From Candidatus Poribacteria bacterium (lineage in GTDB: Bacteria; Poribacteria; WGA-4E; WGA-3G): a stretch of DNA of 64,000 nt. The DNA lies in assembly GCA_965198235.1 (NCBI GenBank), contig OZ240248.1:4800001-4864000 (forward strand), written 5' to 3'. The notes beneath the pieces were generated by a model. That model did not search any database. It saw only the letters and a list, made by a program, of their open reading frames with translations, and was not told the origin of the DNA. The position numbers and the translations under genes were made by a program. Below are positions 30,794 through 40,936 of the stretch, piece after piece; within the stretch, counting starts at the first letter, position 1; each line of letters opens with the position of its first letter.

Positions 30794-31636
30794 CTATCCT
30801 CGCTCAATCCCTGCCTCCGTAAAGGCGTTCGCCAGTGTTTCATAGGAGAGTGTCGCGGCAGCAAGGGGATCGTAATCTTCTCTCGCTTGCACCATGAAGC
30901 TTACTTCGGCAGTGATGAATCCGTCATAACCGTGTGCCTGCATCTGCTTAAGGTAGTCGACATAATCAAAAGGACCCTCGCCGGGGATGAGGAACTCGTG
31001 GTCGGGTGCAGTACCGCGCTGGTCCTTGACGTGTGTATGTGCGGATACCGCTGCTAACGCTGACACTGTCTCTTCCGTCGGCATACCGACAATATCGAAA
31101 TGGCTGATGTCGAAGTTAACTTTGAGATACGGTGAGTTGACGATTTCAAGGAGTTCAAGCACCTTCGCAGGCGTATCGATGATCGCACCGATATGGGGTT
31201 CCATTGCGATGGTGACACCGCGTGATGCCCCGTAATCGACGAGCTCTCCCACCCGTTCTGCGAGGAAATCTTTTTTTGTTTCCCACTCTTCTGGCTTTCC
31301 ACCGGGGGTCGTGTTGACAGCGGGTAGTTCGTCTCCTTGTGCGAGTTCGACTGCCAAATCAACGCCGCCTTTCAACCGCCATATATTTTTCGCGTGGACT
31401 TCTGGATCCGTTTCCAACAGACTGGAATGTGCAGCGATTGCTGGCAGTGCCAAGTTATGCTGTTGGAACAGGGATGAAATCCGTTTCCGTTCTGCCGCGT
31501 CAAGCGTGCTGAGTTCGGTCGTAAAGCGTGGAATGATGGTGAGTTCAACGCCATCGTATCCGAGGTTCGCAAGGTGGGAGAGGGCGGTGTCTATAGGGAC
31601 AGTAGGCATACCCCACGTACTATATCCGAGTTTCAT
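30794..31636 (-). CDS. Sugar phosphate isomerase/epimerase (xylose isomerase-like TIM barrel)
   Basis: GYDGVEL, MEPH, FDISH, HVKD, TAEV. Confidence 0.88.
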   Translation of the reverse strand: MKLGYSTWGMPTVPIDTALSHLANLGYDGVELTIIPRFTTELSTLDAAERKRISSLFQQHNLALPAIAAHSSLLETDPEVHAKNIWRLKGGVDLAVELAQGDELPAVNTTPGGKPEEWETKKDFLAERVGELVDYGASRGVTIAMEPHIGAIIDTPAKVLELLEIVNSPYLKVNFDISHFDIVGMPTEETVSALAAVSAHTHVKDQRGTAPDHEFLIPGEGPFDYVDYLKQMQAHGYDGFITAEVSFMVQAREDYDPLAAATLSYETLANAFTEAGIERG

Positions 31637-31732
31637 TTTTTAATTATGGCCTCCATTTCATTTCGGGCAGGTTTCTGATTAATTCTAAGCTGGGTTTGTG
31701 CATCGCGATCGGGAGCTCGCTCCTACAGCTCG

Positions 31733-32425
31733 TCAAAAAATTGTGCCGAGCCAGTCGTTTAGCAGAAAACCGACGCGGTGAATCAAGAGAGCAACACGCC
31801 CCATTACTGTGTTACCGAACGCTGCTCCGAATCCTATCATGAGAAAGGCAATACCAATTTTTGACAGCCATCTGACAGGTCCCTGGTGCTCCACAGAGAA
31901 AAAGAAATAGATGAGCGTACAAATCAGACCTATGACTATAAGGACTGCTCCGATAATATCCTCAAGGGGCAGCGCACCGGCATGCATTTGCACAAAGGGT
32001 GTAAGTGTGCCGTGTGTCTGCTCGAAAATAGATGCCCGTAACACATTGGGGATGGCAATTCCCGCGTTAAACCCAATTAGGATAGCAATAGGATACCGAA
32101 TTAGCCACGTATGCCGAGGGGACAACCGAGCAAAAAAGAGCAAACCGATTCCAATCGGAAATATTTTGAATAAACCGCTGAGTGCTTCACTTGTTTCTGG
32201 CGTGGCTTCACCTTTTATTTCGGTCCCAAGTGCAATCATCGCCTCAGACAAGGGGTTCCAAGCTAACGGTATGAATCCTTGATGAATAGTAATAACAATG
32301 CTATATCCAACCGATATTCCTACAAAGAGATGTTCTGCAAACCGATAAAACGGGTTATCTCGGTAGAGGAAACTGTAGATGCAAAGCGTCAGTAGTGCTG
32401 CAATCCAGATACCAAAAATTTCCAT
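31733..32425 (-). CDS. Uncharacterised polytopic membrane protein (gene 4 of the DUF6754-like operon)
   Basis: SFLYRDNPFYRFAEHLFVG and FGAAFGNTVMGR; about 6 hydrophobic segments; GGGGAG RBS overlaps the gene 3 stop. Confidence 0.8.
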   Translation of the reverse strand: MEIFGIWIAALLTLCIYSFLYRDNPFYRFAEHLFVGISVGYSIVITIHQGFIPLAWNPLSEAMIALGTEIKGEATPETSEALSGLFKIFPIGIGLLFFARLSPRHTWLIRYPIAILIGFNAGIAIPNVLRASIFEQTHGTLTPFVQMHAGALPLEDIIGAVLIVIGLICTLIYFFFSVEHQGPVRWLSKIGIAFLMIGFGAAFGNTVMGRVALLIHRVGFLLNDWLGTIF

Positions 32426-32429
32426 CAAT

Positions 32430-33245
32430 TTACTCCCCCCGCTGTCGATGAATGAAAAAAGCAATATTGCCCACAAAGACTAACCCGATAAGTAAAACAT
32501 GCACGAAAGACGCTGTATTTAAGCCTACAGTTCCATCCCCGGGAATATTTAACAGTTTCTCATATTCAGTGGCTCCCAAATAACCCGGCATCAAGCCGAC
32601 CAATTGCCCAGTTTGCAAGAACGGATACATCTGTGCGATAATGACACCGGTAACTCCAGCAGCAATCTTCAAATTGTATCTCGTGTTCGCATAGATAATC
32701 CAAGCCTCCGTCGAGCTTCCAGCAGCAAGGTCAAGTAGCAAGGCAATCTGATCGTAGTTCGTAATATTTTTCATCATCGGAATTTCGGTAATTGCCGTTC
32801 CCCCGTAATCGGTTTTGAAAACACTCGCGATATTAGTCCCCATCCCAAGAATAACCTGTAATGCTCCGGGTCGGTAACCCAAAAAAACATAATCATCACC
32901 ATAGGTTGCGTCGTTTTCCTCAGCGATCTTTCGCATGAGTCTATCTGCCAGGGTGGGCATATTAGCATAAAGGGTCATTCCGATGACGTTCACGTCTTTA
33001 TTAAAGCAGTGTCGTAGCACTGCTTTTGCCATTGGTTCTGGTTCGGCTAAAGAGGAAGGACCGTAATCGAAAGCGATCATAATGGTTGCCCCTGGAGGAA
33101 GTTCGTCAATATAGTCATAGAGTTTCTGTGTTGGTTCGGACACCCTCGTCGGTAGTCTGATTGGGATAAGAGTTGGGATGATAACGACTAAAGCAACTAA
33201 TATAAAAATCACCCGCCGGTCTATATTCATCAATTTATTGAACAT
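32430..33245 (-). CDS. Uncharacterised membrane protein: TM, alpha/beta domain, TM (gene 3)
   Basis: DRRVIF followed by a TM; soluble domain; C-terminal TM. Confidence 0.8.
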   Translation of the reverse strand: MFNKLMNIDRRVIFILVALVVIIPTLIPIRLPTRVSEPTQKLYDYIDELPPGATIMIAFDYGPSSLAEPEPMAKAVLRHCFNKDVNVIGMTLYANMPTLADRLMRKIAEENDATYGDDYVFLGYRPGALQVILGMGTNIASVFKTDYGGTAITEIPMMKNITNYDQIALLLDLAAGSSTEAWIIYANTRYNLKIAAGVTGVIIAQMYPFLQTGQLVGLMPGYLGATEYEKLLNIPGDGTVGLNTASFVHVLLIGLVFVGNIAFFIHRQRGE

Positions 33246-33248
33246 ATA

Positions 33249-33899
33249 TTAATCTCCTCCTCCTAAGTAAGAGCGTTCAATGCCCAAGATAATCCGAATG
33301 GATTGTGAAATAACACCCAAGCTCACCCCAAGGATAATACCGCGCCGTGATGCGAGGTTGGGGATGTCTAAAATCCATTGGCGTGCTTTTGAAGCACCGT
33401 CTTCCAAAGGAATCCACGACAGAACAGTATTCCAGATGAGGTCTCCTACGGGTACATTTCCCATCATCACAATCATTGCGGTAACGAGGAGCAAAGTTGC
33501 TTCAAACGTTCGGGCACGGAAGGCACGGTACGCCGCAGAAGCAATAAAAAAGGCAAGTAAGGAAAACATCGTTGCGTCCAATGGGACTTGCACGTTGTTG
33601 TATAACCACTCAAATATAGGGTTTTGCGGTCCAAACGGAACACCTATTAGAACCATAACGACTATGCCCACAAAAACAATGAAACTGTATTGCCAATGCT
33701 CTGTGCGTCGACGAACCCGCGCTATGTGCGTTTGGACAAGTGTGGCAACCGCCAAAACCAACGCGAAAGGTAATATTATGAGTCCCCAGTCAATAACCTC
33801 TTCGTAAAGTTTTTGTGAGTGTGGATGTGGACTAAATTGGGTAAAGATCATCACAACCCCGAAAATAAAACAGAGTGCTAAGGGTACTTGTCGTTTCAT
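33249..33899 (-). CDS. Uncharacterised polytopic membrane protein (gene 2)
   Basis: TMFSLLAFFIASAAYRAFRAR and SIRIILGIERSYLG; about 6 TMs; GGAGG RBS. Confidence 0.8.
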   Translation of the reverse strand: MKRQVPLALCFIFGVVMIFTQFSPHPHSQKLYEEVIDWGLIILPFALVLAVATLVQTHIARVRRRTEHWQYSFIVFVGIVVMVLIGVPFGPQNPIFEWLYNNVQVPLDATMFSLLAFFIASAAYRAFRARTFEATLLLVTAMIVMMGNVPVGDLIWNTVLSWIPLEDGASKARQWILDIPNLASRRGIILGVSLGVISQSIRIILGIERSYLGGGD

Positions 33900-33907
33900 G
33901 AAACCTC

Positions 33908-35053
33908 CTAACGGACTCTCTGTAAGAGCGATGTGATCCAGTTGACACCGGATAATTCCAGAATCACGCCAAGCACAACTGCCGCAAAAATAACGATCTT
34001 ACCCCAATCTTGCCCTTTAAGACTACCTAAGAACATAGGATCTTTGGATAAGTAAGCCGTCGCAGCGTAGAGTTCTTCACCAATTAAGGTATAATCACAC
34101 GCTGCGATAAAGAATGGGAGCTGATGTTCGGAATCTGTCCCTGCAATCTGTATTGCCCCGATAGAATTACCGGTTTCAGCCATGAGAAGCGATTCGGCAT
34201 AAAATTGACCTTGTAAAAATACCGCTGCCGGTTTTTCACGAACCATAATACCATCTACACCCGCGGCATAAGCAAACTGACTATCGGTAAGAAAGAAGAT
34301 ATTTTCTTCGTTATAGGCATCGGGACGTCCCTCATCAAGGTAGGACGTTTTCACCATCTCGCGCACGACATTAAGTACAATCGGGTCATTACAAGGCACC
34401 CGCAGTGGCGTTTCATAGTCTGCTGTCCGTCGTGCTATTTGTCCCAGAATTGTCATGCTGGCAATAGTAGCGACATTGTCTACGCCACCTAATCCTAGTA
34501 CGTAGAGGATGGAGCGCCCCATCTCTGTGGCTCTGCCGATGGCTTCATCGACAGCTTCAAGTCCAGGGATGCGCCGGACGAATACCTCTTTACCGCTTCT
34601 CGCATCATAGATATTCCAAAGAATCGCTGCGGAAAAAAGGAGCATGGCGATCAGTAGTGGAACTTTGCCGGTGTGAAACCATTCGCCTGTCCCTTTAACC
34701 GGGGCAGTTTCGTTAGAATTCACTGTTGCTTCTGTGTCGCTAACAGCACGCACCATGTAGGCGTAAGCATTGCCTTTTTCGATAGAGGCATCAACGTAGG
34801 ACGTTGTTCCAGCAGGTAGCAGCCCCCCAATTTCTTCGAGACCGCCGCCTGCAATCCGGCGCAGGATTTGATACCCGCTGATACCGCTATCCTCTGGTGC
34901 TGCATCCCACTTAATCGTGACACCGCTGCCGTCGTCGTTTGGCGTGTCCACTGCCGTGACGTTTGACGGTGGCGCAAGTCCTTGGCTGAATGCAGTGCTA
35001 ACGCTAACGCATAAAACCAAGCAGACGACTATCCAGTGAGTTGTTTTTATCAT
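33908..35053 (-). CDS. Fibronectin type III + DUF6754-like membrane protein (gene 1)
   Basis: Signal peptide; Fn3 (PSNVTA...W...Y...YxYMVRAV); TM; RRIPGLEAVDEAIGRATEMG...YTLIGEELYAA; C-terminal TM. Confidence 0.8.
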   Translation of the reverse strand: MIKTTHWIVVCLVLCVSVSTAFSQGLAPPSNVTAVDTPNDDGSGVTIKWDAAPEDSGISGYQILRRIAGGGLEEIGGLLPAGTTSYVDASIEKGNAYAYMVRAVSDTEATVNSNETAPVKGTGEWFHTGKVPLLIAMLLFSAAILWNIYDARSGKEVFVRRIPGLEAVDEAIGRATEMGRSILYVLGLGGVDNVATIASMTILGQIARRTADYETPLRVPCNDPIVLNVVREMVKTSYLDEGRPDAYNEENIFFLTDSQFAYAAGVDGIMVREKPAAVFLQGQFYAESLLMAETGNSIGAIQIAGTDSEHQLPFFIAACDYTLIGEELYAATAYLSKDPMFLGSLKGQDWGKIVIFAAVVLGVILELSGVNWITSLLQRVR

Positions 35054-35236
35054 AAATATTATATTCCTCGTTTGTAGCTGTCGGTTATTGATTAAATGCT
35101 TGTGGCGGTTGCCTGTTTCGTTGCTACCACAAACAACTAAAATTAGAGAAATCTAATGAATCCGAGATTCAGACAAGTAACTAACCGCTACGAGCGGCTC
35201 CTGTCTGACAGCCGACAGCCGATAACTGACAGCCAT

Positions 35237-36325
35237 TCAAAAACATTGCGCTATAGCTTCTAAAACGTGCCGATCGTCTATATCGTCGCGGATAACAACT
35301 TCTCCGATACGCGTCGGCAGGATGAGGCGGAGTTTACCGCCTAATGTCTTTTTATCTAAATACATCGCATCACATAAGGCTTCCGGGGTGAGGTCAGTCG
35401 GAAAAGTAATTGGCAATTTCGCACGCTTTAGGAGGGTCCGTTGCCGTTGAAAATCGGTCTCAGAGAACATTCGCAAATTGGTAGCTAACTGCGCCGCACA
35501 ATTCATACCGATAGAAACCGCTTCGCCGTGTCGATATCTGTTGTAGTGTGTCAGTGCTTCCAGCGCGTGTCCAAAGGTGTGTCCATAATTTAGCACCATC
35601 CGCAGCCCGCTCTCTTTCTCATCTTTAGCGACAATTTCTGCCTTGTTGACACACGCTTGTGAAATTATCTCAATAAGCGTTGTGTCGTCTAAGTTTAAGA
35701 TAGCCTCCAAATTTTCTTCAACCCTTTCAAACAGCGGTTCATCGCGGATAACACCCATTTTAATAACTTCGATAAGTCCTGCGCGGATGTCACGTTGCGT
35801 TAAGGTCTTGAGCGTATCTACGTCAATGACGACCAGTTTCGGTTGATGAAACGCACCGATGAGGTTTTTGCCTTTTGGGTGATTAATTGCTGTCTTGCCG
35901 CCGACGCTCGCGTCAACTTGCGCTTGCAGCGTCGTTGGCATCTGAACGTAAGGAATGCCGCGCATGTATACCGCTGCGGCGAAACCAGCCAAATCGCCGA
36001 TGACACCACCACCGAGAGCAATGAGCATTGAACCCCGATCGAGTTGATGTTCTACCAAACTATCCTGTATTCGGGAGAACTGTGGCAATGATTTGCTCTC
36101 TTCGCCAACGGGCACTTCAATCGCGCGGACATCAAGCCCGACATCTTTGAGGCTCCTCAGAACAACGGGCATATAACGCTTTTTGACAAAGGCATCCGAA
36201 ACGATGAGCACCTTATTTGATTTCGTATGTGGTATAAGGAGTTCTCCAACACTGTTGAGGAGTCCTGTCCCGACAGCAATTGGATAGCTATTATCTCCGA
36301 GTTCCACGTGTAAGGTTTTCGTCAT
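35237..36325 (-). CDS. aroB: 3-dehydroquinate synthase
   Basis: GGGVIGDLAGF, DASVGGKT, LNYGHTFGHALE, HGEAV. Confidence 0.97.
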   Translation of the reverse strand: MTKTLHVELGDNSYPIAVGTGLLNSVGELLIPHTKSNKVLIVSDAFVKKRYMPVVLRSLKDVGLDVRAIEVPVGEESKSLPQFSRIQDSLVEHQLDRGSMLIALGGGVIGDLAGFAAAVYMRGIPYVQMPTTLQAQVDASVGGKTAINHPKGKNLIGAFHQPKLVVIDVDTLKTLTQRDIRAGLIEVIKMGVIRDEPLFERVEENLEAILNLDDTTLIEIISQACVNKAEIVAKDEKESGLRMVLNYGHTFGHALEALTHYNRYRHGEAVSIGMNCAAQLATNLRMFSETDFQRQRTLLKRAKLPITFPTDLTPEALCDAMYLDKKTLGGKLRLILPTRIGEVVIRDDIDDRHVLEAIAQCF

Positions 36326-36864
36326 TTTGGGTTCCTGGTGCTTTTCCTAAATATCCGTTTGATGTGAGTGATGATTTCACCGAATGAGCGTCCCGTCGTC
36401 CTTATCATATGATCGGCTTCTGCATAGTAGGGATGTCGTTCCGCCAACATCGACTGGATCTTCGCGAGTGGGTCAGGAGCTTGGAGTAACGGTCGGTGTG
36501 TCTGGTGCCCCACCCGCTTGTAGATCTCCTCGGCTGTTGCTGTTAGGCAGAAGACAATGCCGTTTCGCTTTAACTCTGTCATATTGGCTTCTTTCAAAAC
36601 GACACCGCCACCGGTGGAAATAACGTGGTTGTGCAGTTTCGACATCTTACGAACGGCTTCGCTCTCAAGCTCTCGAAAAGCAGGTTCCCCATCTTCCGCG
36701 AAGATGTCACTGATGCGCCGCCCACTATCCCGTTCAACAATATCATCTGTATCCACGTAGCGCATCCGAAGTTGTGAGGAAATCCGTCTTCCGATAGAAG
36801 TTTTTCCTGTGCCCATAAAACCGACAAGCACAATATTGTGGCTTTTTTTGACAGGTCGTTGCAC
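36322..36864 (-). CDS. aroK: Shikimate kinase
   Basis: GFMGTGKT, GEPAFRELE, STGGG, RPLL. Confidence 0.96.
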   Translation of the reverse strand: MQRPVKKSHNIVLVGFMGTGKTSIGRRISSQLRMRYVDTDDIVERDSGRRISDIFAEDGEPAFRELESEAVRKMSKLHNHVISTGGGVVLKEANMTELKRNGIVFCLTATAEEIYKRVGHQTHRPLLQAPDPLAKIQSMLAERHPYYAEADHMIRTTGRSFGEIITHIKRIFRKSTRNPK

Positions 36865-37130
36865 CTGATTTCCACCCCTTAATATAGTTGTTAGTTATCA
36901 GTTATCAGTTAAAGAGGTCATTGGTAACAATTTCTTTCTGGGGTACTCCGGCGGAGGCAGTTTGTTACAAAGAAATCCCTTAAATAGAACAATTTAGTTT
37001 TCGGATTTCTGTCGGTTCTGTGGGATAAACCGCGCCCTAAAGGTCGCTCCTACAGCGAGATGTCGGGATTCGGAGATCCCTCCTATTGGAAAACTAAATG
37101 ACCCTACCCCTCAACTGACAACTGATAACT

Positions 37131-37192
37131 ATTATAGCACTTTTGAAAAATATTGCAAAGGTTTTGCACCAATTTTTAAGGTATGGTATAAT
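37131..37192. promoter_or_regulatory. Back-to-back divergent sigma70 promoters (aroKB and GNAT operon)
   Basis: Plus strand TTGCAC-17-TATAAT (37164-37192); minus strand TTGCAA-16-TATAAT with extended TG (37131-37158). Confidence 0.65.
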
Positions 37193-37252
37193 TACAGCGT
37201 GATTGTAAGTCTATCACAAACGCAGGAGCAGCGTACGAAAAGGAGAACGCAG

Positions 37253-37849
37253 ATGGCACGACAGCTCAGAATGGCACGTCCCAATTTAGAAGATTTACCT
37301 GAACTGGAACTCCCGCCAGGCTACGGCATGCGAACCTATCGTGAGGGAGATGAGGTGCATTGGGCACATATCATTAGCGACTCGTTTGGGGGCAGGAAAC
37401 GCACCGCCCAAGATACGAAGAATGAGATCACTGGCAGAGATGTATTCATTCCTGATGGACTCTACTTCGCAACACATCAGGATATTCCTGTTGGAACTGC
37501 TTGTGCATGGCGGGAATCTGTAGATGAGAAGGATGTCGGATATGTGCACATGGTAGGCGTTGTCGCTGAACACACCGGACACAAACTTGGAACATGGGTC
37601 TCGCTCGCTGTTCTTATCTACTTCCGCGACAACGGATTCAAATGCTCGATGCTGGATACTGACGATTTCCGTGTTCCTGCTGTCAAGACCTATCTGAATT
37701 TAGGGTTTATACCTGTTTACGTTGAAGAGGGGCAGTCAGAACGATGGCAGAAGATTTTTGAGAAATTGGGACTCCCCTCTATGTCAGCGCAAATCGAGAA
37801 CGTTAGAGAAACGCTCCCTGAGGAACTGTGGACGAAAGTCTCATGTTAA
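37253..37849 (+). CDS. GNAT acetyltransferase, paralog 1
   Basis: VGVVAEHTGHKLG and AVKTYLNLGF; AGGAG RBS. Confidence 0.88.
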   Translation: MARQLRMARPNLEDLPELELPPGYGMRTYREGDEVHWAHIISDSFGGRKRTAQDTKNEITGRDVFIPDGLYFATHQDIPVGTACAWRESVDEKDVGYVHMVGVVAEHTGHKLGTWVSLAVLIYFRDNGFKCSMLDTDDFRVPAVKTYLNLGFIPVYVEEGQSERWQKIFEKLGLPSMSAQIENVRETLPEELWTKVSC

Positions 37850-37856
37850 AAATAGG

Positions 37857-38384
37857 GTGGAAGACCAACTCAGAATGATTCGGCACAGTTTGGAAAATCT
37901 ACCGACGCTCCAGTGTCCTGACGGGTATCACATCCGCACCTATCGACAAGGAGACGAGACACATTGGGCGCGAATAATGGACATAGCCTTCGTAGACAAG
38001 GGACGAACCGCCCAAGATACCTACGCTGACATTATTAGCCAACCCAATTTTGATCCAGATGGCTTCTGTTTCGTTATTCACAAAGATGTTCCTATCGGTA
38101 CAGCGTGTGCTTGGAAGGAATCTCTTCGTGGCAAACCGATTGGCTACATTGACATGCTCGCTGTGCTGCCGGAGCACACTGGGTATAGACTGGGAAAATG
38201 GCTAACAGTGTTTCTCCTGCACTATTTTAAAGCGCGACGTGTGGCATCCGTAATGTTAGACACAGACGATTTTCGACTCCCTGCAATCAAAAATTACCTC
38301 AACTTAGGGTTTGTTCCTGTTTATGCAGGTGAAAACCACCTGCTACGTTGGCGAAGTATTTTTGAAAAACTGGACATCTTCTAA
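37857..38384 (+). CDS. GNAT acetyltransferase, paralog 2
   Basis: Collinear with paralog 1 (QLRM...LDTDDFR...YLNLGF); GTG start at 37857. Confidence 0.85.
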   Translation: MEDQLRMIRHSLENLPTLQCPDGYHIRTYRQGDETHWARIMDIAFVDKGRTAQDTYADIISQPNFDPDGFCFVIHKDVPIGTACAWKESLRGKPIGYIDMLAVLPEHTGYRLGKWLTVFLLHYFKARRVASVMLDTDDFRLPAIKNYLNLGFVPVYAGENHLLRWRSIFEKLDIF

Positions 38385-38386
38385 AA

Positions 38387-40171
38387 ATGAGGGTACTTCT
38401 CGCGGTGAGAAACTATTTCCGTTTACCGAGTAGTTTTGTTATATCTGCGATTCTCATCAGCGGCTTCAGTTTCCGCCTTATCGGCATAAACATCGGCTTG
38501 CCTGATTCTCCTGACCCACGTGAAGTGCTAATCGCACGAGATGTGCTGAATCTAACCCACTTCACGGCACCACCTCAAATCTACAACTGGCCCGGAACAG
38601 CATGGTTTTACATTATTGCTGGGATAGGTAAATTACTGTCGCTTGCTGGTTTGCAGCTAACGGAGGCCCGCGTAATTTTATTGGCACGCAGCATCAACGT
38701 TCTATTGTCTACGGCGACACTTTGGTTCACCTATCGCATCGGAGTTCACTGTTACAGTAAACGTATAGGTCAGATTGCAGCAGGATTGCTCGCTGTTGCG
38801 ATGTTACATGCCACGAATGAATCGCGTTTTGCCCTTGTTGACATCCCCGCGACTTTCTGTGTAACGCTGTTTCTCTGGCTCGTGATGCGTGCGCGGTCTT
38901 CTTCAGTTGCGCCTACATTTCAAACTGCGGTATGGCTCGGTGTCATCGCCGGGGTTGGTTTCGCAGTCAAATTTACAACCGTTTTTGTAGGTTTCTCTCT
39001 GCTGGTCTTTATCAGAAGTGAAGGTTTTTATAAAAAATTAGCAACAATCATCGGTATTTCCGTATTAACCTTTACGTTCCTCTGCCCATATTGGCTCATT
39101 GATCTGGTTTCACCGGAGTGGAATCTTTTTTTTGAGGACTTCTGGTATGAAGCCACTCATTATCACCGCGGGCATTTCGGTCTCATCGCTGCGGCGGAAT
39201 CTGGGTTGTTACATCGATTTATCTATCTGTGGACGCTCCTGAAATGGGGCATGGGGTTGCCACTCGCACTCCTTGTCAGTTTGGGGGTCTTGTGTGCGCT
39301 CGTGTCGCTTAAAGCGGTCAGCAGTCACGCATGCTTCGCAGTGAGAACAGTCGGAAACCAGAGAACCTTGTGGCATTCAAGTGAAATGTGCATGCCACAC
39401 ACCGACAGCCGACAGCCGATGGTTTCCGATAGCCAATACTCAGAAGTACTCTTGCTGGCTTTCGTTATTCCCTACCTACTATTTATCGGGGTACATAAAG
39501 TTAAGTTTGCACGCCATCTACTGATACTCTATCCGGCACTCACTGTGCTCGCCGCAGCCGCGTTCACACGCTTTCCAAGCATTGTGGGAACTCTATTACA
39601 GTCGGTACGTCCACGCGAGACTGTGAATTTTCTGCATTCCACTGAAAGGCTTAACACATTTAGGAAAGGGTTTGGTATAATCTTCGGTGGTGTTGTCGTG
39701 CTTCACTCATTAGTTTATACCGTTTCCTTTGCCTCTATCCTGTTCTCGCAACCCACTAAGATTGCAGCATCCAATTGGATAGCCGCGCACATTCCTCCAG
39801 AGGAATCTATTGCTATTGCTCCAGAGGTGCTATTCGATTGGCTTCTTCCTGAATTAGACTTCGTAGGGACAAATGAAAAGGTAAAGTGGGTGCTTATCCT
39901 TGTGCCGAATCTTGACGTGTTCCGTAAATACCAAAAGGCTCCTCAACGTTACCAAGATGAAGATTGGTATCCTCTCAGTGGGATTGAATTCGAGGAGGTA
40001 CTTGCGTTTTACACGCGAGTCTTAGGGGAAGGGGGTCGGTATGAATTGCATAAAACATTCCGATGCCCACCGAAGTTCTTAGGTATCCGAATAATATCCG
40101 ATAGCGGTGCCCCGTTTCCGATGCGAGCCCTTGCACATCCAGAATTCCGCATCTATCGTCGGCTCTATTGA
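38387..40171 (+). CDS. GT-C fold membrane glycosyltransferase (ArnT/PMT-like)
   Basis: GLPDSPDPRE loop, many TMs, AVKF, FARHLL. Confidence 0.75.
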   Translation: MRVLLAVRNYFRLPSSFVISAILISGFSFRLIGINIGLPDSPDPREVLIARDVLNLTHFTAPPQIYNWPGTAWFYIIAGIGKLLSLAGLQLTEARVILLARSINVLLSTATLWFTYRIGVHCYSKRIGQIAAGLLAVAMLHATNESRFALVDIPATFCVTLFLWLVMRARSSSVAPTFQTAVWLGVIAGVGFAVKFTTVFVGFSLLVFIRSEGFYKKLATIIGISVLTFTFLCPYWLIDLVSPEWNLFFEDFWYEATHYHRGHFGLIAAAESGLLHRFIYLWTLLKWGMGLPLALLVSLGVLCALVSLKAVSSHACFAVRTVGNQRTLWHSSEMCMPHTDSRQPMVSDSQYSEVLLLAFVIPYLLFIGVHKVKFARHLLILYPALTVLAAAAFTRFPSIVGTLLQSVRPRETVNFLHSTERLNTFRKGFGIIFGGVVVLHSLVYTVSFASILFSQPTKIAASNWIAAHIPPEESIAIAPEVLFDWLLPELDFVGTNEKVKWVLILVPNLDVFRKYQKAPQRYQDEDWYPLSGIEFEEVLAFYTRVLGEGGRYELHKTFRCPPKFLGIRIISDSGAPFPMRALAHPEFRIYRRLY

Positions 40172-40214
40172 ATAGTGCGGTGAAGTGTAAAGACATAGCG
40201 CCGCGCGCAGTCGT

Positions 40215-40865
40215 TTACATAAGCGGGATCTTGAAATGACTTTTCTGGATAGGCACGATCGTTGATAGGATTTGATGAAGCACATCTGCTGCAGTCGTGT
40301 CGGCATCAATGATTCGAACCAAGTCTTGAGGGTAGTAATCAATTAAGGGTTCGGTCTCTCGTTTGTAAACATCCCACCGGTAGCGAACGACGATTTCTTC
40401 GGAATCGTCGATTCGATTTTCTTTCAGTGACCGTCCCCGGATACGTTTAAACATCACTTCTCGGTCTTCACAGACCATGTAGATCACCTTAAAAAGTTTT
40501 ATATAGGGTGCTATCAGACCAGCTTGTGTGATGTTCCGTGGGATGCCATCAAGGATGAGCAGATCGCTTTCAGGCGTGTAAATCTGCTCACGGACTTTAG
40601 CCGCCATGTAGTCTTGCCAGATTCCGATCGTAATGTGATCTGGGACTAATTTACCGATCCCGGCGTATTCTTGGAAAATCTGTCCGCATTTGGAATTGAT
40701 ATCAAGTTCGCGGAACATATCTCCACTGGAGACATGGAAAATGCCAGGGATTTGTGCCAGCATTTTCCCCTGTGTTCCCTTACCAACACCAGGGGGACCA
40801 ACAAGCATCACTGCTTGATAACACGGTCCATCCGCCTCGTGTAGAGGGCTTTTATCCGTTATCAT
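40215..40865 (-). CDS. adk: Adenylate kinase family (short LID)
   Basis: GPPGVGKGTQ, SSGDMFR, LVPD, LDGIPR, RIDD. Confidence 0.85.
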   Translation of the reverse strand: MITDKSPLHEADGPCYQAVMLVGPPGVGKGTQGKMLAQIPGIFHVSSGDMFRELDINSKCGQIFQEYAGIGKLVPDHITIGIWQDYMAAKVREQIYTPESDLLILDGIPRNITQAGLIAPYIKLFKVIYMVCEDREVMFKRIRGRSLKENRIDDSEEIVVRYRWDVYKRETEPLIDYYPQDLVRIIDADTTAADVLHQILSTIVPIQKSHFKIPLM

Positions 40866-40936
40866 GTCTGTTCTTGTCCTCTGCCGCCTTTACTCCTCTT
40901 CGTTGAGTTAGCGCGTTTTACAAAATATAATAAACC

